Of a DNA stretch of 64,000 nt, positions 32,125-45,018 are shown piece by piece. Origin of the DNA: Eledone cirrhosa (taxonomy: Eukaryota); contig OZ024745.1 in NCBI GenBank assembly GCA_964016885.1, positions 15,190,001 through 15,254,000 on the forward strand. Direction: 5' to 3'. A program made the position numbers and the translations under genes. How positions within the stretch are numbered: position 1 is the stretch's first letter; each line of letters starts with the position of its first letter. Below the pieces are notes generated by a model. The model made no database searches, was not told the DNA's origin, and worked only from the letters and a program-made list of their open reading frames with translations.

Positions 32125-33560
32125 CCCCAACGTGGGCGGTGGTTTGTACCGTGATGATGGTCTTTTGACCATGACTAAGTGCGGCCCACGTGCTTGCGAC
32201 AGATTCAGAAAAGAACTAACAGCCTTCTTTAAAGGCTTCAACCTCTCTATACAGGTTGAGGCCAACCTCTCGGTCGTTAATTACCTCGACGTTACCCTCA
32301 ATTTATCGAATGACTTGTATTACCCGTATAGAAAGCCGAATGATACGCTTAATTACATAAGTAAGCATTCCAACCATCCTGCCAGCATAACCAAGAAGCT
32401 GGTAAGAAACGTTTCTTTGAGGCTTTCCCGTCTTTCCACTAACGAGCATATTTTCAACGACCATTCCACATATTACAATGAAGCTCTTGCTCGGAGTGGA
32501 TTTGTCGATAAGGTAGCATATACAGAGTACGAGAATAGACCTAGAAGAAATAGATCCCGACGCATTATATGGTATAACCCACCATATAATATGGAGGTGG
32601 CCACACCATTAACTAAGATCTTTCTATCCCTTATTACGAAGCATTTTTCCCCTACACATAAATATAGTAAACTTGTTAATAGAAATACTATTAAAATTTC
32701 TTACTCTACGACTCCTAACCTTGCACATAACATCACAGCTTCAAATTTAGCTAAACTACCTAGCCGTAGGAACACGTGCAACCCTGTAGTTAGTACTAAC
32801 TGTAATTGTAGGAATCGGGTTGATTGCCCCCTATCCGGGAAATGCCTCTCTAGTAACATTGTCTACAAATGTAAGGTTGAAACACCCACGTCCCGCAGGG
32901 CCTACACAGGGTTAACCACCAATAGATTCAAGCAGCGTCTTTACATGCATAACCATTCTTTTCATTACCCTCTAAGAAGGAATATGACGTCACTTTCAGC
33001 TTATATCTGGAGTCTAAAAGACCACACCCAATATAAGTTACACTGGGAGATCCTAGCTAGGGCTAGATCGTATAACCGAAATAAAAGACCATGTGACCTC
33101 TGCGCCGCTGAGGCCCTGGAAATACTCTATGCCACAGACCACATCTTAAAAATCTGAGGCAATTTCGGCTTGTAAACATAAATTGCACAAAACTTTCCTG
33201 TATTACAGCCCCACATTATACCCTAACGGATAGTACGATCTATACGCGGATATTTTACGTCTTGATGTGGTAGCTAAGTATATGTTAAGTTTATACCATT
33301 ACTTATTTGCATAGGTAAGTATATATTGCCTGTATGTTTTGTGAAGGTACGTATACTTTCTCGTACGTATATTTGATTGTATATGTTATGGCGTATATTT
33401 TATATATTCTGGTACATATGCTTTTGGTTATGTGTATACGTGAGTTTTGCGTCTGTGTGAGTATGCAGGTTCGTACGTATGTAGGGTGTGTGTATATGTG
33501 TACTTCTTGTTTTGGTTGACGTACGTCTCCGAACATTTGTGTATTTACATGTAGGTATGT
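32125..33560 (+). mobile_element. 5'-truncated PLE family A (Hydra-like by motif)
   Basis: Begins directly after (TA)n; 3' UTR homologous to 13890-14230. Confidence 0.9.
32132..33157 (+). CDS. PLE RT (from the catalytic motif onward) plus GIY-YIG endonuclease, partial, frameshifted near the C-terminus
   Basis: GGLYRDDGL, NYLDVTLNL, YRKPND..SNHP, IIWYNPPY, CNCRNRVDCPLSGKCL..IVY..YTGLT..FKQRLYMH. Confidence 0.9.
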   Translation: MGGGLYRDDGLLTMTKCGPRACDRFRKELTAFFKGFNLSIQVEANLSVVNYLDVTLNLSNDLYYPYRKPNDTLNYISKHSNHPASITKKLVRNVSLRLSRLSTNEHIFNDHSTYYNEALARSGFVDKVAYTEYENRPRRNRSRRIIWYNPPYNMEVATPLTKIFLSLITKHFSPTHKYSKLVNRNTIKISYSTTPNLAHNITASNLAKLPSRRNTCNPVVSTNCNCRNRVDCPLSGKCLSSNIVYKCKVETPTSRRAYTGLTTNRFKQRLYMHNHSFHYPLRRNMTSLSAYIWSLKDHTQYKLHWEILARARSYNRNKRPCDLCAAEALEILYATDHILKI

Positions 33561-33688
33561 AAATACCTACATGTAAATACACAAAAGGCACAGAAGCGAA
33601 AACCAACCAAACAGTGAGTGTGTTCTGTTATTAATTCTGGAAATATTATTACACAAATATGACCCTCCCCAAGTATATATATATATAT

Positions 33689-33874
33689 AATTACAACAGT
33701 GACATAAACAGGTACTCAAGTTTCGTTGGGTTCTGGGCCCCAATTTCTTCAGCCTGTCATGAGAAAAATGGAAAACAAACAGCTTCGTTTTTCATTTTTC
33801 TCATGACAGGCTGAAGAAATTAGGGCTCAGAACCCAATGAAACTTGAGTACCTGTTTATGTCACTGTTGTAATT
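33689..33874. repeat. Short foldback with two divergent hammerheads (33708-33757 minus, 33806-33855 plus)
   Basis: ~82 bp inverted arms, each with ACAGG-CTGAAGA-stem II-GAAA-C TTGA GTA-CCTGT. Confidence 0.8.
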
Positions 33875-33997
33875 GTTTATACTAAAGTCGTCCTGTGGAC
33901 TGAGTGCTCTTACTCTTGGATATTTCCACTTTACTTATACTTCAATATATATTTCAATGAAAAATACGGCCGGACTCCAATATATTCAATTAATTGT

Positions 33998-34090
33998 TTC
34001 TACTTTTGGCACAAGGCCAGCAATTACCTAGTGCAATACTGGTACTTTATTTTATCGACCCCGTAAGGATGAAAGGCAAAGTTAACCAAT
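33998..34090 (-). mobile_element. SINE fragment (same family as 51086-51270)
   Basis: GGCACAAGGCC..ACTGGTACTTTATTTTATCGACCCCGTAAGGATGAAAGGCAAAG. Confidence 0.7.
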
Positions 34091-35170
34091 ATATTCAATT
34101 AATGTTGCGTATATACATACAACATATTGTGTGTTAGTGCAAACCTATTGGAATCCGGGCCTTTTTTCATTGAATTATTTAGCTCCATTCCTGCACCAAC
34201 CACGAGATACCACATCTATGATTGATGATATGTATCAGATGGAGTGCTTTTACTTATTGCATCATGGTTTGCTAATCGGAATGACTAGATCTACCCCTTA
34301 GTTAAACCATCCAACATAAACGGAGTATATATATTTTTATATATATGGATATATATACTCTATACCGTATGTATATATATATACAGAAAGACAGGGTGTT
34401 TGTGTTGGTGGTATTGATGATGGCGTCGATCATTATGCCAACGATGATAAATAACATTCACCTATGCTATGAAGCGATATATATATTGATGTGGGTGGAA
34501 TGTGGTTAGTTGGGGACGTTTTTTCCAATATTGTCCATATCTGGGGAAATAAAATCTACATCTGAAAACCGTTTACAATATCAACGGCCAATGAGCAAAT
34601 TAAGAAACCATTAATTTTACATATTCATTAAATAATTAACATACTTCGATGATTTACTCCGATTGATTTAACTCCATTTTAAATTTTCCAGTTTTTGTGT
34701 TTTATAAATGAGATTTTATCGCCATTTTCTTCTCAAATGGGGAATAATAGAGACCAACAATGCAAATGGACTGAATGACTCCAATTCTCTTTCTATTTTA
34801 TATTATATGATGTAATGTGGATTTCATAAAACTAATGTGAATGTCTGACATTTAACGGTTTATTTTAATTTAGGCACAAAGCTAGATATTTTGGACAAAA
34901 TAATAATCGCCCTCAGATCTTGATTGGTACTTTAGTTTACCAACCATCGGGATTTGAACTCAGAAAGGAAAGGGCCGTATCTTATGCCCTCGTGTTCTGC
35001 TAGAGTAACTTCTATAGCAGTATGGTAGGAGTAGACTGTGTGTGTGAACTGGTGCGAAAATGCGAAAAATAGAAGAATTCTGCTCGACCAACCGTAACAA
35101 TCCACAGATCAAATATGAAATTATTGGATATATATACATAATGAAAACGGAGACACATAGACGTAATGGC

Positions 35171-35224
<54 letters not shown>

Positions 35225-35338
35225 TTTCCAAGAAATGGCAAGTTGATCGGCCCTGTTATATATTTTTTTTAAATGTTTTCCGTTTCTGCTCTGTCCGTCT
35301 CCTCAATCTTTCTATTTCTTCTTTAATTTCTCATTTTA

Positions 35339-35374
35339 TCTTCTGATGAAGGACTAGCGTCCGAAACATTAAGA
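35339..35374 (+). ncRNA. Minimal hammerhead-like motif with degenerate stem III
   Basis: TCTT-CTGATGA-a GGAC tagc GTCC-GAAA-CATT-AAGA. Confidence 0.55.
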
Positions 35375-36281
35375 CACTTTTTCTACTATATCAAGCGCAA
35401 AACTAATAATATATTTCTTAATTGTTCTGTATCGTTTACTTTGTTATTCCTGTTTGCCTTTTGCATATATATATATGTTTATACTTCATTTTCATTACGC
35501 CCCTGTGTCCCCTTCTTCTGTACATAATGACAACACTAGATCATGTAGTAGATCATGAAGTACCATTCGATCTACATAAGGGCGTTCTTATCCACTAAAC
35601 AACTGACACGTATGCATACGACAGTGGATGAAGTGATGAGACAATGGTCTGGTGGACATGTAAGGCACGTGTGTTGGATAGGAGGAACAGTGGGACAACT
35701 GTATAATGGTCTTATGAAATGGTGAGACACAGAGAGACATTTGTGCGATGTAGAGGTGGGACAGTAAGACAATGGTGTTGTGGAATGATGAAACAGTAGG
35801 ACAGTGGTATGGGGATGTGGGAATAGTTGGTAAGGTGGTGTGGTAAGGTAAATAAAACGGTGATCAGTAGGATAAGTAAGACACCAGTGGCTGGAAGATA
35901 GATGATCATAACCCAGTGGATAAGAGGCCTTTAGAAATATGGTTCACGATGATGATCTGCGTTTGAAATTTCGAAACGTCATGTAACAGCAAACATTGCA
36001 ACGTCTTTTCTCTCTAAAACGAGGTTAAAAATTCAAAATATTTTAATTTAGTTCACAATAGTGAAATTGTATAGAAAACTAAACAAAATGTACCCATAAT
36101 AAGCTAATCTCCAGTCTCTGTTATCTCTATAGTTTAGATATTGTTCATATAGATATAAAAGAATATGTCTTTTATAATATATTTCCGTTCATATACTTTC
36201 CTTTCCCTTTGCGTATATATTTTCCATTTGTTATTAAAAATAAAAGTATTTTCAAAAGACGCCATTTTGTAAATATGGTTA

Positions 36282-36315
<34 letters not shown>

Positions 36316-37745
36316 GAAGTATCCTAGTGGAGAACAAGTAAATGGCGGATTAACTGAGCTACGAATATAGGTCATTGTGCTTTTACCTACAATACAATCA
36401 GTTTCTATATATGTTCGTTGCTCTGATGTGAGTCTGAATAAACTAATCAGGGTTCCTTATTTAGTCATTTTAACATTATATCTTCTTTTGTGCTGCTAAT
36501 ATATTTGATTCATATTCTCGGATAATAAAGGAAATAATGCAGACGAGACAATGTTGGGCAGATTATACATTTATATCTCGGCTAAGAATGCAACTAATGT
36601 CTTCTCTACGATACAATATAATAGCATTTGGCTTGTGAATTGTTAATGAGCTTTTAATTAAAATCTTTATAATATGATAGCGACAACGAAATATTGTATT
36701 TAGAAATCAGTTTCTAGAGAGAATGTGTATTATACACGTATACATCCATTCACATTTCCCCTATTAATCAACATCCTCCGTGTTATATCTCACTTCCTCT
36801 ACTCGTCTTTCTCTAAGCTAGATATGTAAAATATTTCAGTGACAAATATCAAAGACTAAATTAGAAATGATACAAAATGTATGAATTAATAATTCTTTAT
36901 AGAAGAATCTGTATCAAAGGGAATGGTAAGTTCTTTACCACATGATGGACCTCACATAGCATAGTACAATATTACATATAATATTAAGCGGCCAATGGCA
37001 ATCAATATTTACTGAGGCCATAATGAAACTAATTAGTATTCTTACATTAGTGAATATTATGAACATCTTAACTTTCATCTGTCTTCTCACAGACAATGAA
37101 ACAGCAATACGTATTAGCATCTTATGTTGTATGAAACTGAATTATTCGAACGGAGGAGAAAACATTGCGTTTTTAATCAAATAGATATTTGTGGTTGTCC
37201 ATCATCATCATTTTGATTTATGTCTCTTGAATTATTCTGATTTAGCATTTCTGTTCTAATACTAAGTAAATTATTGAATTATTTCAGTATGTAGCATTTA
37301 AGAGACAGAATCTATGATCAATACTTCTGTTTAAACACCAGAATTATTGGCCGATATAAACTTATTTCTTCTTCGCCTTCTCAAAGCCCGTTATCATGGG
37401 AGCTTTGAACTTTATAGGAAAAAAACCAAAAGCTGGAGTCTAAAGAAATTAAATCTCCAAAAATCTTCGGTTAATACAATTCACAAAATTAAATAAGATC
37501 TTGTAACCGATTGGTGAGGACAAATTCAACGTTTCTATTGAGAAATTTATGGTGCAGATATATATATATAACTGAATTATTGCCCAAAATAACTGAATTA
37601 AATTATTCATTGTCAATATAATGAAAGCATTCGTTGGGAACATTAAGACGCCCAACATAATATAAAATTGGGTTTTTTGAGCCACGTATTTCACTCCTAC
37701 TAAAACAGAATGTTTTATCATGGTAATATTACCAAAGTACCAAAT

Positions 37746-38050
37746 TTGAAGGTGCATGGTTTAGTGATTAGGGTTCTTACGATGGTGAGTTCTATTTCCG
37801 GTGATGTATTTCGTTTACGTTGCTCTACTTCACAAAGCTGGAAATAATAAGCTATACATGTCATAATTCGAATGACCAGCCATGAAACTCACTGTGTCAC
37901 CATGAATCTCCCTGAAAAATACGTTGAAGGTGTTCATTTCTGTGAACAGCTCAGTTACTTGCATAATAATTGTATGAGCAGGAAGTTCCGTTCATAGACC
38001 TGGAACACACGTTATATTAACCGAGAGAGGCCCAACAACACCAATGTATC
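37746..38050 (+). mobile_element. Degenerate tRNA-derived SINE
   Basis: Head TGAAGGTGCATGGTTTAGTGATTAGGG resembles the head of 38100-38334. Confidence 0.5.
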
Positions 38051-38099
38051 GATAAAGGCTGGCTTATAACAAGGTTTCTTTATACAAATTGATTATATT

Positions 38100-38334
38100 C
38101 CAAACCTCATTCGTTTACCGAGTGAGGTGGAACTCATCAGATCAGACCAAAGAAACACTGTTTCCATTCTTTCCATTGCTGATACTATCTATCGGTCGCA
38201 ACTTCTGGCAGAAAGAACAACGTGAAATAAGGTGTCTTGCTCAAGGACATAACACATCATCAGGCCCAGGAATCGAACTCTTAACCTCGCGACTGTAAAC
38301 CGAACTCCCTAACAACTAAGCCATGCGCCTTCAC
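38100..38334 (-). mobile_element. tRNA-derived SINE
   Basis: Minus-strand A box TGGCTTAGTTG, B box GTTCGATTCC, then GTCCTTGAGCAAGACAC. Confidence 0.75.
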
Positions 38335-38762
38335 GCATATACAAGCGTCAAATCCGTGGGTATTTAATCATTCTATAAAATTAGGACACACATGAGCCTT
38401 TTCGGCAGCTTTTTATGAGGATTGAAGTAATTGGTCTCATTCACAATTTATCGGGATCCGTTTATCTCCCTTTTGTAGAATGGCGACTGATAGAAGCAGA
38501 AGTCTACTTATGTAAACTGTACTTAAACACAACTTCTGTATATAATGCTATAATGGTGATGGCCTGAAGATGGCCTATAGTTATAAATATTGTATCTGTA
38601 TATATTTAAACAACAAATAAACCAATTTAGAAAAAAACATAGAATTTTACCAGAAACTAAAGGAAATTATTTTCTAAAACTAAGATACTAGGAAATTTTA
38701 TTGAAATGTTTTTAGATTGTAATACAAATTACATACTTTCTCTCTCACTCTCTCCCTTGCTC

Positions 38763-38797
<35 letters not shown>

Positions 38798-38876
38798 GTA
38801 TATAATACCTGAAGCTAGTAAAAGAGTAAAAGAATGAAAGCATATATTATCTGTGTGTGGGGGGGGGGGGCATACA

Positions 38877-39066
38877 TACGAGTTCGGGTGAAGAGTTCAT
38901 AGGCTGACCAAGTTACTCTCATGGAATGACTAAATGAGGTTTATTTTTCAACATAGTCCCTTGAAAGAAACAATGCAGTTATTAATAAGAAGTGTTGAAA
39001 TTAATGCTTGCAAGATTTAGCATCGTTCCTTCATAATCGGCCTATGAACCTTTCAGCCGACCCTTG

Positions 39067-39068
<2 letters not shown>
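38877..39068. mobile_element. Mariner-like MITE
   Basis: TA-flanked imperfect TIRs CGAGTTCGGGTGAAGAGTTCATAGGCTG and CGGCCTATGAACCTTTCAGCCGACCCTTG. Confidence 0.75.
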
Positions 39069-39101
<33 letters not shown>

Positions 39102-39332
39102 ATTTCTATTTATTTGCCACGAGGGCACAAAAGAAGGGGACAAATACACAGTGGGGGAGTTTACATAAATCGAGTAAAGAAAAAAGGAATAACAATAATA
39201 ATATAATAATAAAAAGTCCTCAAAAGGGAGGGGGCGTGTTGGGGATTGCACATACCCCCGAAAAGTGTGCAACCCTTTTCGCGGGGGAAGCCCAGAGAGG
39301 AGGCGCTCCCTCTTTCCTCTTCACTTCTTCAC

Positions 39333-42300
39333 CTACAGAACAATGTAGAGAGAAGGCCCATTTACACGAGCCACTCTCGCTTCTTTCACCCACCTTTCAT
39401 AAAACTGTCCGGGGCCAAGCAATTCTCTCTCCATCCTGATCCTTCTTCCGAAGTGGTATCGGAAGAAGTAAACCAGGTGTTGGCCGGAGAGAAAGTCACC
39501 GGACCTCAGACCTTTCAGGCGCGTCCACCACACAACCTCTTTCATCATGGCTATTACGCACAGAAAGACCGCCTCTGCTTCATTTCTGAAGGGAGGAGGC
39601 GGCTTGATGTTCACCACAGACTCGGCGGCCAATCGAATCGGCGCCACACGCGACAGTAGTCGTTCGACGTAGCCCCACAGATCGGCAACGCCCGGGCAGT
39701 GTACCAGTGCGTACGCAACGGTTTCCTCGTCGCGCACGCATCTGGGACAGATCTTTTTCACGGGATCCCTGCCCGGGCGCCCGTGTCTGTAGAGCTTTTC
39801 TCGAACGGGCAGAGCTCCCCGGTAGCACTGGCAGGCTAGGGACCTCTGGAAGTTGTCCATGGGTCCCGGGCCAAAAGTTCTACCGAACAGACTGGACAGT
39901 TCGTCCTCCTCCATGCCTAGCGACTCTCCAAGGGTGTTGTCGCCCCTGCTAGCCAACAGCCCTCTATAGAATGACGAGGTGGAGTCTCTACCGATAGTCG
40001 GGTCCGCTTGCCAGAGAGCCGTGAGCGCCTGGGCACACTCGGTGTGCCAGTTCCCCAGTTTTCTCGGTCTTTGCTTCACCCAGGATTGCAGCTCGGTGAG
40101 CGAGACGAGCTGTGGGAAGGCTCGCCTCACAAACGGGGCCCACACCGGCTGACCGGTGAGGAATACCTGTAGATGCCGTAGTCTCAATGCGTGCCTACGC
40201 ATCAACAGCCACGGCATACCCAGCCCTCCTTTCGAAGGGTGCTGGCAGCAGATGGATCTCCTCACCATGGGAGGCCGCTTCTTCCAGAGGAACTGGAAGA
40301 GCATGCGCTCCATGATGGTGAGCGTTTCCTTAGGGCAAGGCACGACGGTCAGGCGGTAGTAGATGACGGACGCTATGTAAGCGTTCGCCACCTCCGCCCG
40401 ACCTTTCAGTGATAGTTTGCACTTGGCCCACTTCTGGGTCAGCGCAAACACCCTGCTCGTCACCTCGCCCCAATTCTTCTCCACCTGGAGGTCCGGTCCG
40501 AACCAGACCCCGAGCAGCTTCACCGGGCCCTCCGTCCACCGTCCAACGACACCGTCTAACGGCATCGGTTTGCCCCTCCACGTTCCGAGTTGCAAACCGA
40601 CTGACTTGTCCCGGTTCAGCCTAGCCCACGTCAGCCTTTCGTATTCCTCCAGTAGGGTGGCGATCGCCCCGATTTCCGAGGCGTCCGCCACCATTACTGT
40701 TACGTCGTCGGCATAGGCCGAGACCGCTTTGTGCAATCCCGGTTTCAGGGGTATGCCCCGCAGCAACTCCAACTTCTGCAGCAGTGGCTCGAGAGCCAAT
40801 ACGTACAGAAGGGAGGAGAGGGGGCAACCCTGCCTGATGGACCGGGTGATTTGAAACGGCTCCGAGAGGTGTCCGTTTACTTTAACCCGAGAGCAGACAT
40901 TGCCACTGTGCATGGCAGAAATCCAGCCCCTAAAAACGGTTCCGAAGCCCGCCGCCGCTAGCACCGCATCCAGGTAACCATGGTCGACCCTATCGAACGC
41001 CTTAGATTGATCCAAGTTGATCAGGGCCCCACCAAAGCTGGGTTCGTTCCCAACCCTCTCTACGATGTATCGCATGAGGTGGAGGTTGTCGTGAATGGAC
41101 CTGGACGGGATAGCGCATGTCTGCGCGTCTCCCACCAAGCCACCCACCACAAGCGCCAACCTCTTCGCTAACACCTTGGCCAAAATCTGTAACTCTGTAT
41201 TCAGCAGAGTTATGGGCCTAAAGTTACTTAAGTCGTCCCCCTTGCTCTCGTCCTTCCTCACTAGCGTGACTACGCCCTTGGTCACAGAACAGGGAATTCT
41301 CCCATTCTGTTGCCAGTTGCAATAGACAGCCTCGAGGAGTTCGGAGAACAAGACCGGCATAGCTAAATAAAGTTCGTATGGTAGACCATCGAGACCCGGA
41401 GATTTGCGTCTGCTGCATTGGCTGAGCGCTTCCCCGATTTCAGTGGCTGTGATTGGCCTTTCGCAGCACTTCGTTTCGCCGCTCGAAAGACGCGGTAGAC
41501 CGTCGAGGTATGGACCGAAGTCCACATCCCCGCCCGGCCCCCCGCCCCCTCCGAACAGTCGAGCAAAGTGCCTTTGAAAGGCCTCGCACATCCGCTCAGG
41601 TTCAAGGATCACCCGTCCATTCTGGTCTCGCAAAGACCGAATGGTGGATTTAATCCCACTTTTGGCTTCTGTCACGCGGGCCCAGCTAACAGCTTTGGTC
41701 CCCTCGTTTCCTAAAGCACGTATTTTACTTCGGACAACGCAGCCTTCGTGCTTCGCGTCAAAGAACTTGTTCAACGCTGTTCTCGGCGCTAACACTCTGG
41801 CTACGTCTCCGCTCCTAATCGCCTCTTCTAGTTTATCTGTCAACTCCCTTTCCCTCCTATTTCTATTCGCCGCTAGTTCCTTACTGTAACCTATCGAACT
41901 TACTCTAATCTCTCTCCTTAGAGATACCCACCACCTGCTCTTGACGATCGCTCCCGTCAACCGCATCTTAACTAAGCTACTAATCCGGTTCCTGTAAGCT
42001 TCCTTTGCCGGCAAGGACAAGTTCATCTTCCAGTAACCAGGACCCTGTCTATGCGTTCTATCAAGGTTGACCATGCAGGTCACTAATTTGTGATCTGAAT
42101 AGCCAACCATGAGCAATTCTGGACAACTAAATACGTCCCTATCCTTACTCCTAACCAAAAACCTATCTAGGTACGATCTAGATTGACCACTGCGGTTTGC
42201 CCAGGTCCAGGTTGGCACAGTTGGAAAATCTAGTCGAAATCTATCGACCAGGTCGAATCGATCGAGTAACCCCTTGAGGCTGCTACATCCCCCTCTATCG

Positions 42301-42790
42301 GGACATGCCCCTGCATAGTCCCAACGCGCATCTAGGATTCCATTCCAGTCCCCCACTAAAAGCAGGGAACGCGACGTTCCTAGAAAAGTCTCCAGACGCT
42401 GGAAGAAGTCGGCTCTTTCAGCCCCGAAGGGGGCATAAAGACCGACCAGTCTGAAAGCCCCGCCTTCACCGCCTCCGACGTCCAGCACCAGTAATCGACC
42501 CCCCCGGGTCCGAGTGAACAATCTGTACGTCGAGAGCCAGACGTTTATCCAGCAGTACGGCAACCCCACCCCCGGGTTGACTGAGAGATGCGTGCATCTC
42601 AAAGTCATCGAAGGCGGGAGCCAGCTGTCGCACGCTGCTGATCCGACTCTCGCAAACAACCATCACATCTATACTTCATGACCTGAGGTCACTTAGAAGC
42701 TTTGCTTGCTTCCAAGCTGAGCCCAGGCCACGCGCATTCAAACAACCAACTCTCAATTGATCTATTTTGGTGTTGAAAGTGAAGAAAGAA
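39333..42790 (-). CDS. Tx1-like ORF2: APE endonuclease, RT, C-terminal zinc motif; one stop (42676) and one frameshift (~42500)
   Basis: CLNARGL, VGDWN, SYLDRF, YSDH, GPGYWKMN, KSPGLDGLP, NFRPITLLN, LDQSKAFDRVDH, RQGCPLS, AYADD, CPRC..ETVAYALVHC. Confidence 0.92.
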
Positions 42791-42799
42791 AAGCACCTA

Positions 42800-44798
42800 C
42801 CTCTCCGGGTTGTGTAATTTCCATGGGGTCGGGTGTGTGGTGGAGGGATGTTTTGTGGTGGTGTGGGGGTATCCGAGTGTGGTGGGGTTGGGGTATTTGG
42901 AGATGTGTCAGGGAGAGGGGAGGTTATGGGGAAATCTTTCAAGAGGACCATATTTAACGGTTTTAAACAGGGGGGGGGCTCACGTCTTGTTTAAATTGTT
43001 CTTTTAAGGAACGATAAAGGTCCCTCTGGACCTTTATCATTTTTAAATGGGTGAAGTTCTCTGTTGAGATAAAGTTTGGCCCTTCGGTCTGCACCAAAGG
43101 GCTATTGTTTATTAATTTAAACAGTTTTTTGTTTTCTTTATTTATATATGTGTATTGTAAAGTCTTTTTTTGTGATGCTGTCAATCTTTTGAAGGGGGGA
43201 GGCGCAGATTTATTTTTGTTTGTCGAGGGTGGGGTGTTTTTGATTGGAGTTGGTGTTTGTGTGTGGGTTATTTGTTGTTGTGGTGTGCTGGGTGTGTGCT
43301 TTCGTTTTTTTCTTTTAACTTGTCTGAAGGCTTCTCCTCCTTCTTCTTCAGAAGTTGGGGGAAACTCTTCAGCGCTAGGTGGGAGGGACGTGGTGTCTGG
43401 TTGTTTTTTTTTGCGGGAGGGGTAGATTTGTTGCTGTTTTTTTTATTATTTGTTTGGAATGTGTTTTGTGGTGGGGGTGGTGATGTTTGTGTCGTGCTTG
43501 TGGTTGGTGATGGTGGTGGTGATATTTGTGTTGTGGTTGGTGATGGTGGTGGTGATTTTTATGTCGTGCTTGTGTTTGGTGCTGGTAGTGGTGATGTTTG
43601 TGTTGTGCTTGTGGTTGGTGGTGTCTGTATTTTGTTTGCTGTGTGTGGTATTAGTGTATTTTTGGAGGTGGGTGGTGTTGGTGTACTGTTTGTGGTGGGT
43701 GTGGGCAATAGTCCTTTTTGGGGGATACGATTCGGGCAGTTAGCCTTAACGTGTACCCTTTCCTTGCATGAATAGCATGCTGGTCTTCTCCCCTCTACAA
43801 TTATATATATTGGGGTGAGGTCATCCAGCCAGATGCGATCCGGGATTTGCGCTATTCTTTCGGGCCTCATTTGGACTAGTTATCGAGGCCCATTCCCAGG
43901 AACGCATCTCCAGATGCCTTCCCCATTGACAGCACTGTGCCCTCGCCCTTGTCTATGAAGCCAGCAATAGCCCACCAGAAGTCCATTGTGGGCAGCATTG
44001 TCTGTATTTTGACTCTCTGAGTTCTTCTACCCATGTAGGAGGGATAGAAGCTGTATGCTGTTGATTTGAGTGGGCTTAGGGAAAGCCTCTGTGCTGTTTC
44101 CTTGTCTTTTGTTAAGACAGAAATTCTACCATAGAGTCGGTTCTTTCGTATGAAGAGAATATTCTTCATATGGTCTTTTAGGACCAACTCTATCTCCATT
44201 TGGCTGGGCTGTGCTGGCTTTCTTGTGTTGTTTAGGACTGTTCTAAACAGAACAGTGTTTTCTAGTCTCGTTTTCTTGAATTCTGGGGGGGGGGGGGGAT
44301 TAATGGAAAACATTCCGTTCTCCCCCAAGACTATGTGCTTTTTTGCTTCTGCCAGTTTCTCTCTGGCGGCAGTTAAGTCTATAGGTGTATATATGATAGA
44401 TTTTTTTGTTGTCTGTGCGAAAGTTCTTTTTGTTGTGTTTGTGTTATTTATGTTGGTGTATTCGTTCACATTTTTTTTTCTTTGGGGTTAGACTCCATTT
44501 TTTCAAAATCTTCACTTATATTTTCATTATCCGAGAGACTTGTAGTCACAGCTACTACTTCTCTTTCACCTTTGCTGGTGGGCGTGGCGCCGTGAAAAGT
44601 CGAAACGTCATCCATTAATTTTGGCAATTTCTCCGAGTTAATTTTTTTCACAATTTTTTCATTAGGGCTTGGTTCCATTTTTTCAATGTTTCTAATAATC
44701 ATTATTCGTTCAGTAGGGTGGTTTGTTGCCTCAGCTACCCGCTCCCCTTCAGTTTGTTTAGTGGGCGTGTCATCGTTACCTGTGGTAATGACTTCCAT
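42800..44798 (-). pseudogene. Tx1-like ORF1 (gag-like), disrupted
   Basis: Successive ORF pieces with a zinc knuckle CYSCKERVHVKANC (CX2CX4HX4C) and a T/P-rich low-complexity tract; frameshifts and stops. Confidence 0.8.
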
Positions 44799-45018
44799 TA
44801 CCACTAGCGTAGAGACAATTGCAAGATTTTTAGGATGAAAAATTTCACCCCGAAAGGGGTGAAATAAATTAACCCTAATGTCCGAAGACCCAGGCACGGG
44901 GGTTAATTAACACAATAACGCAAGAATACAGACAAACACTTTCTGTTAACACGTAATATCTCCAATACTCGCGGAGCGGATGTGAAGCACGTCTATACCA
45001 TCCGGAGATAGATAGATA

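Larger units (their letters stand above)
39101..45006 (-). mobile_element. Near full-length Tx1/L1-clade LINE (copy 1), (GATA)n on both sides
   Basis: 5' UTR, ORF1, ORF2 and a 3' UTR with AATAAA directly followed by (TATC)n (39069-39100); the 5' end abuts GATA x3 at 45007. Confidence 0.93.

Noticed and set aside
42676-42678. In-frame TGA in Tx1 copy 1 ORF2 as possible selenocysteine or readthrough
   Set aside because: Copy 4 has CAA at this position and no SECIS was seen; a nonsense mutation is the simpler explanation.
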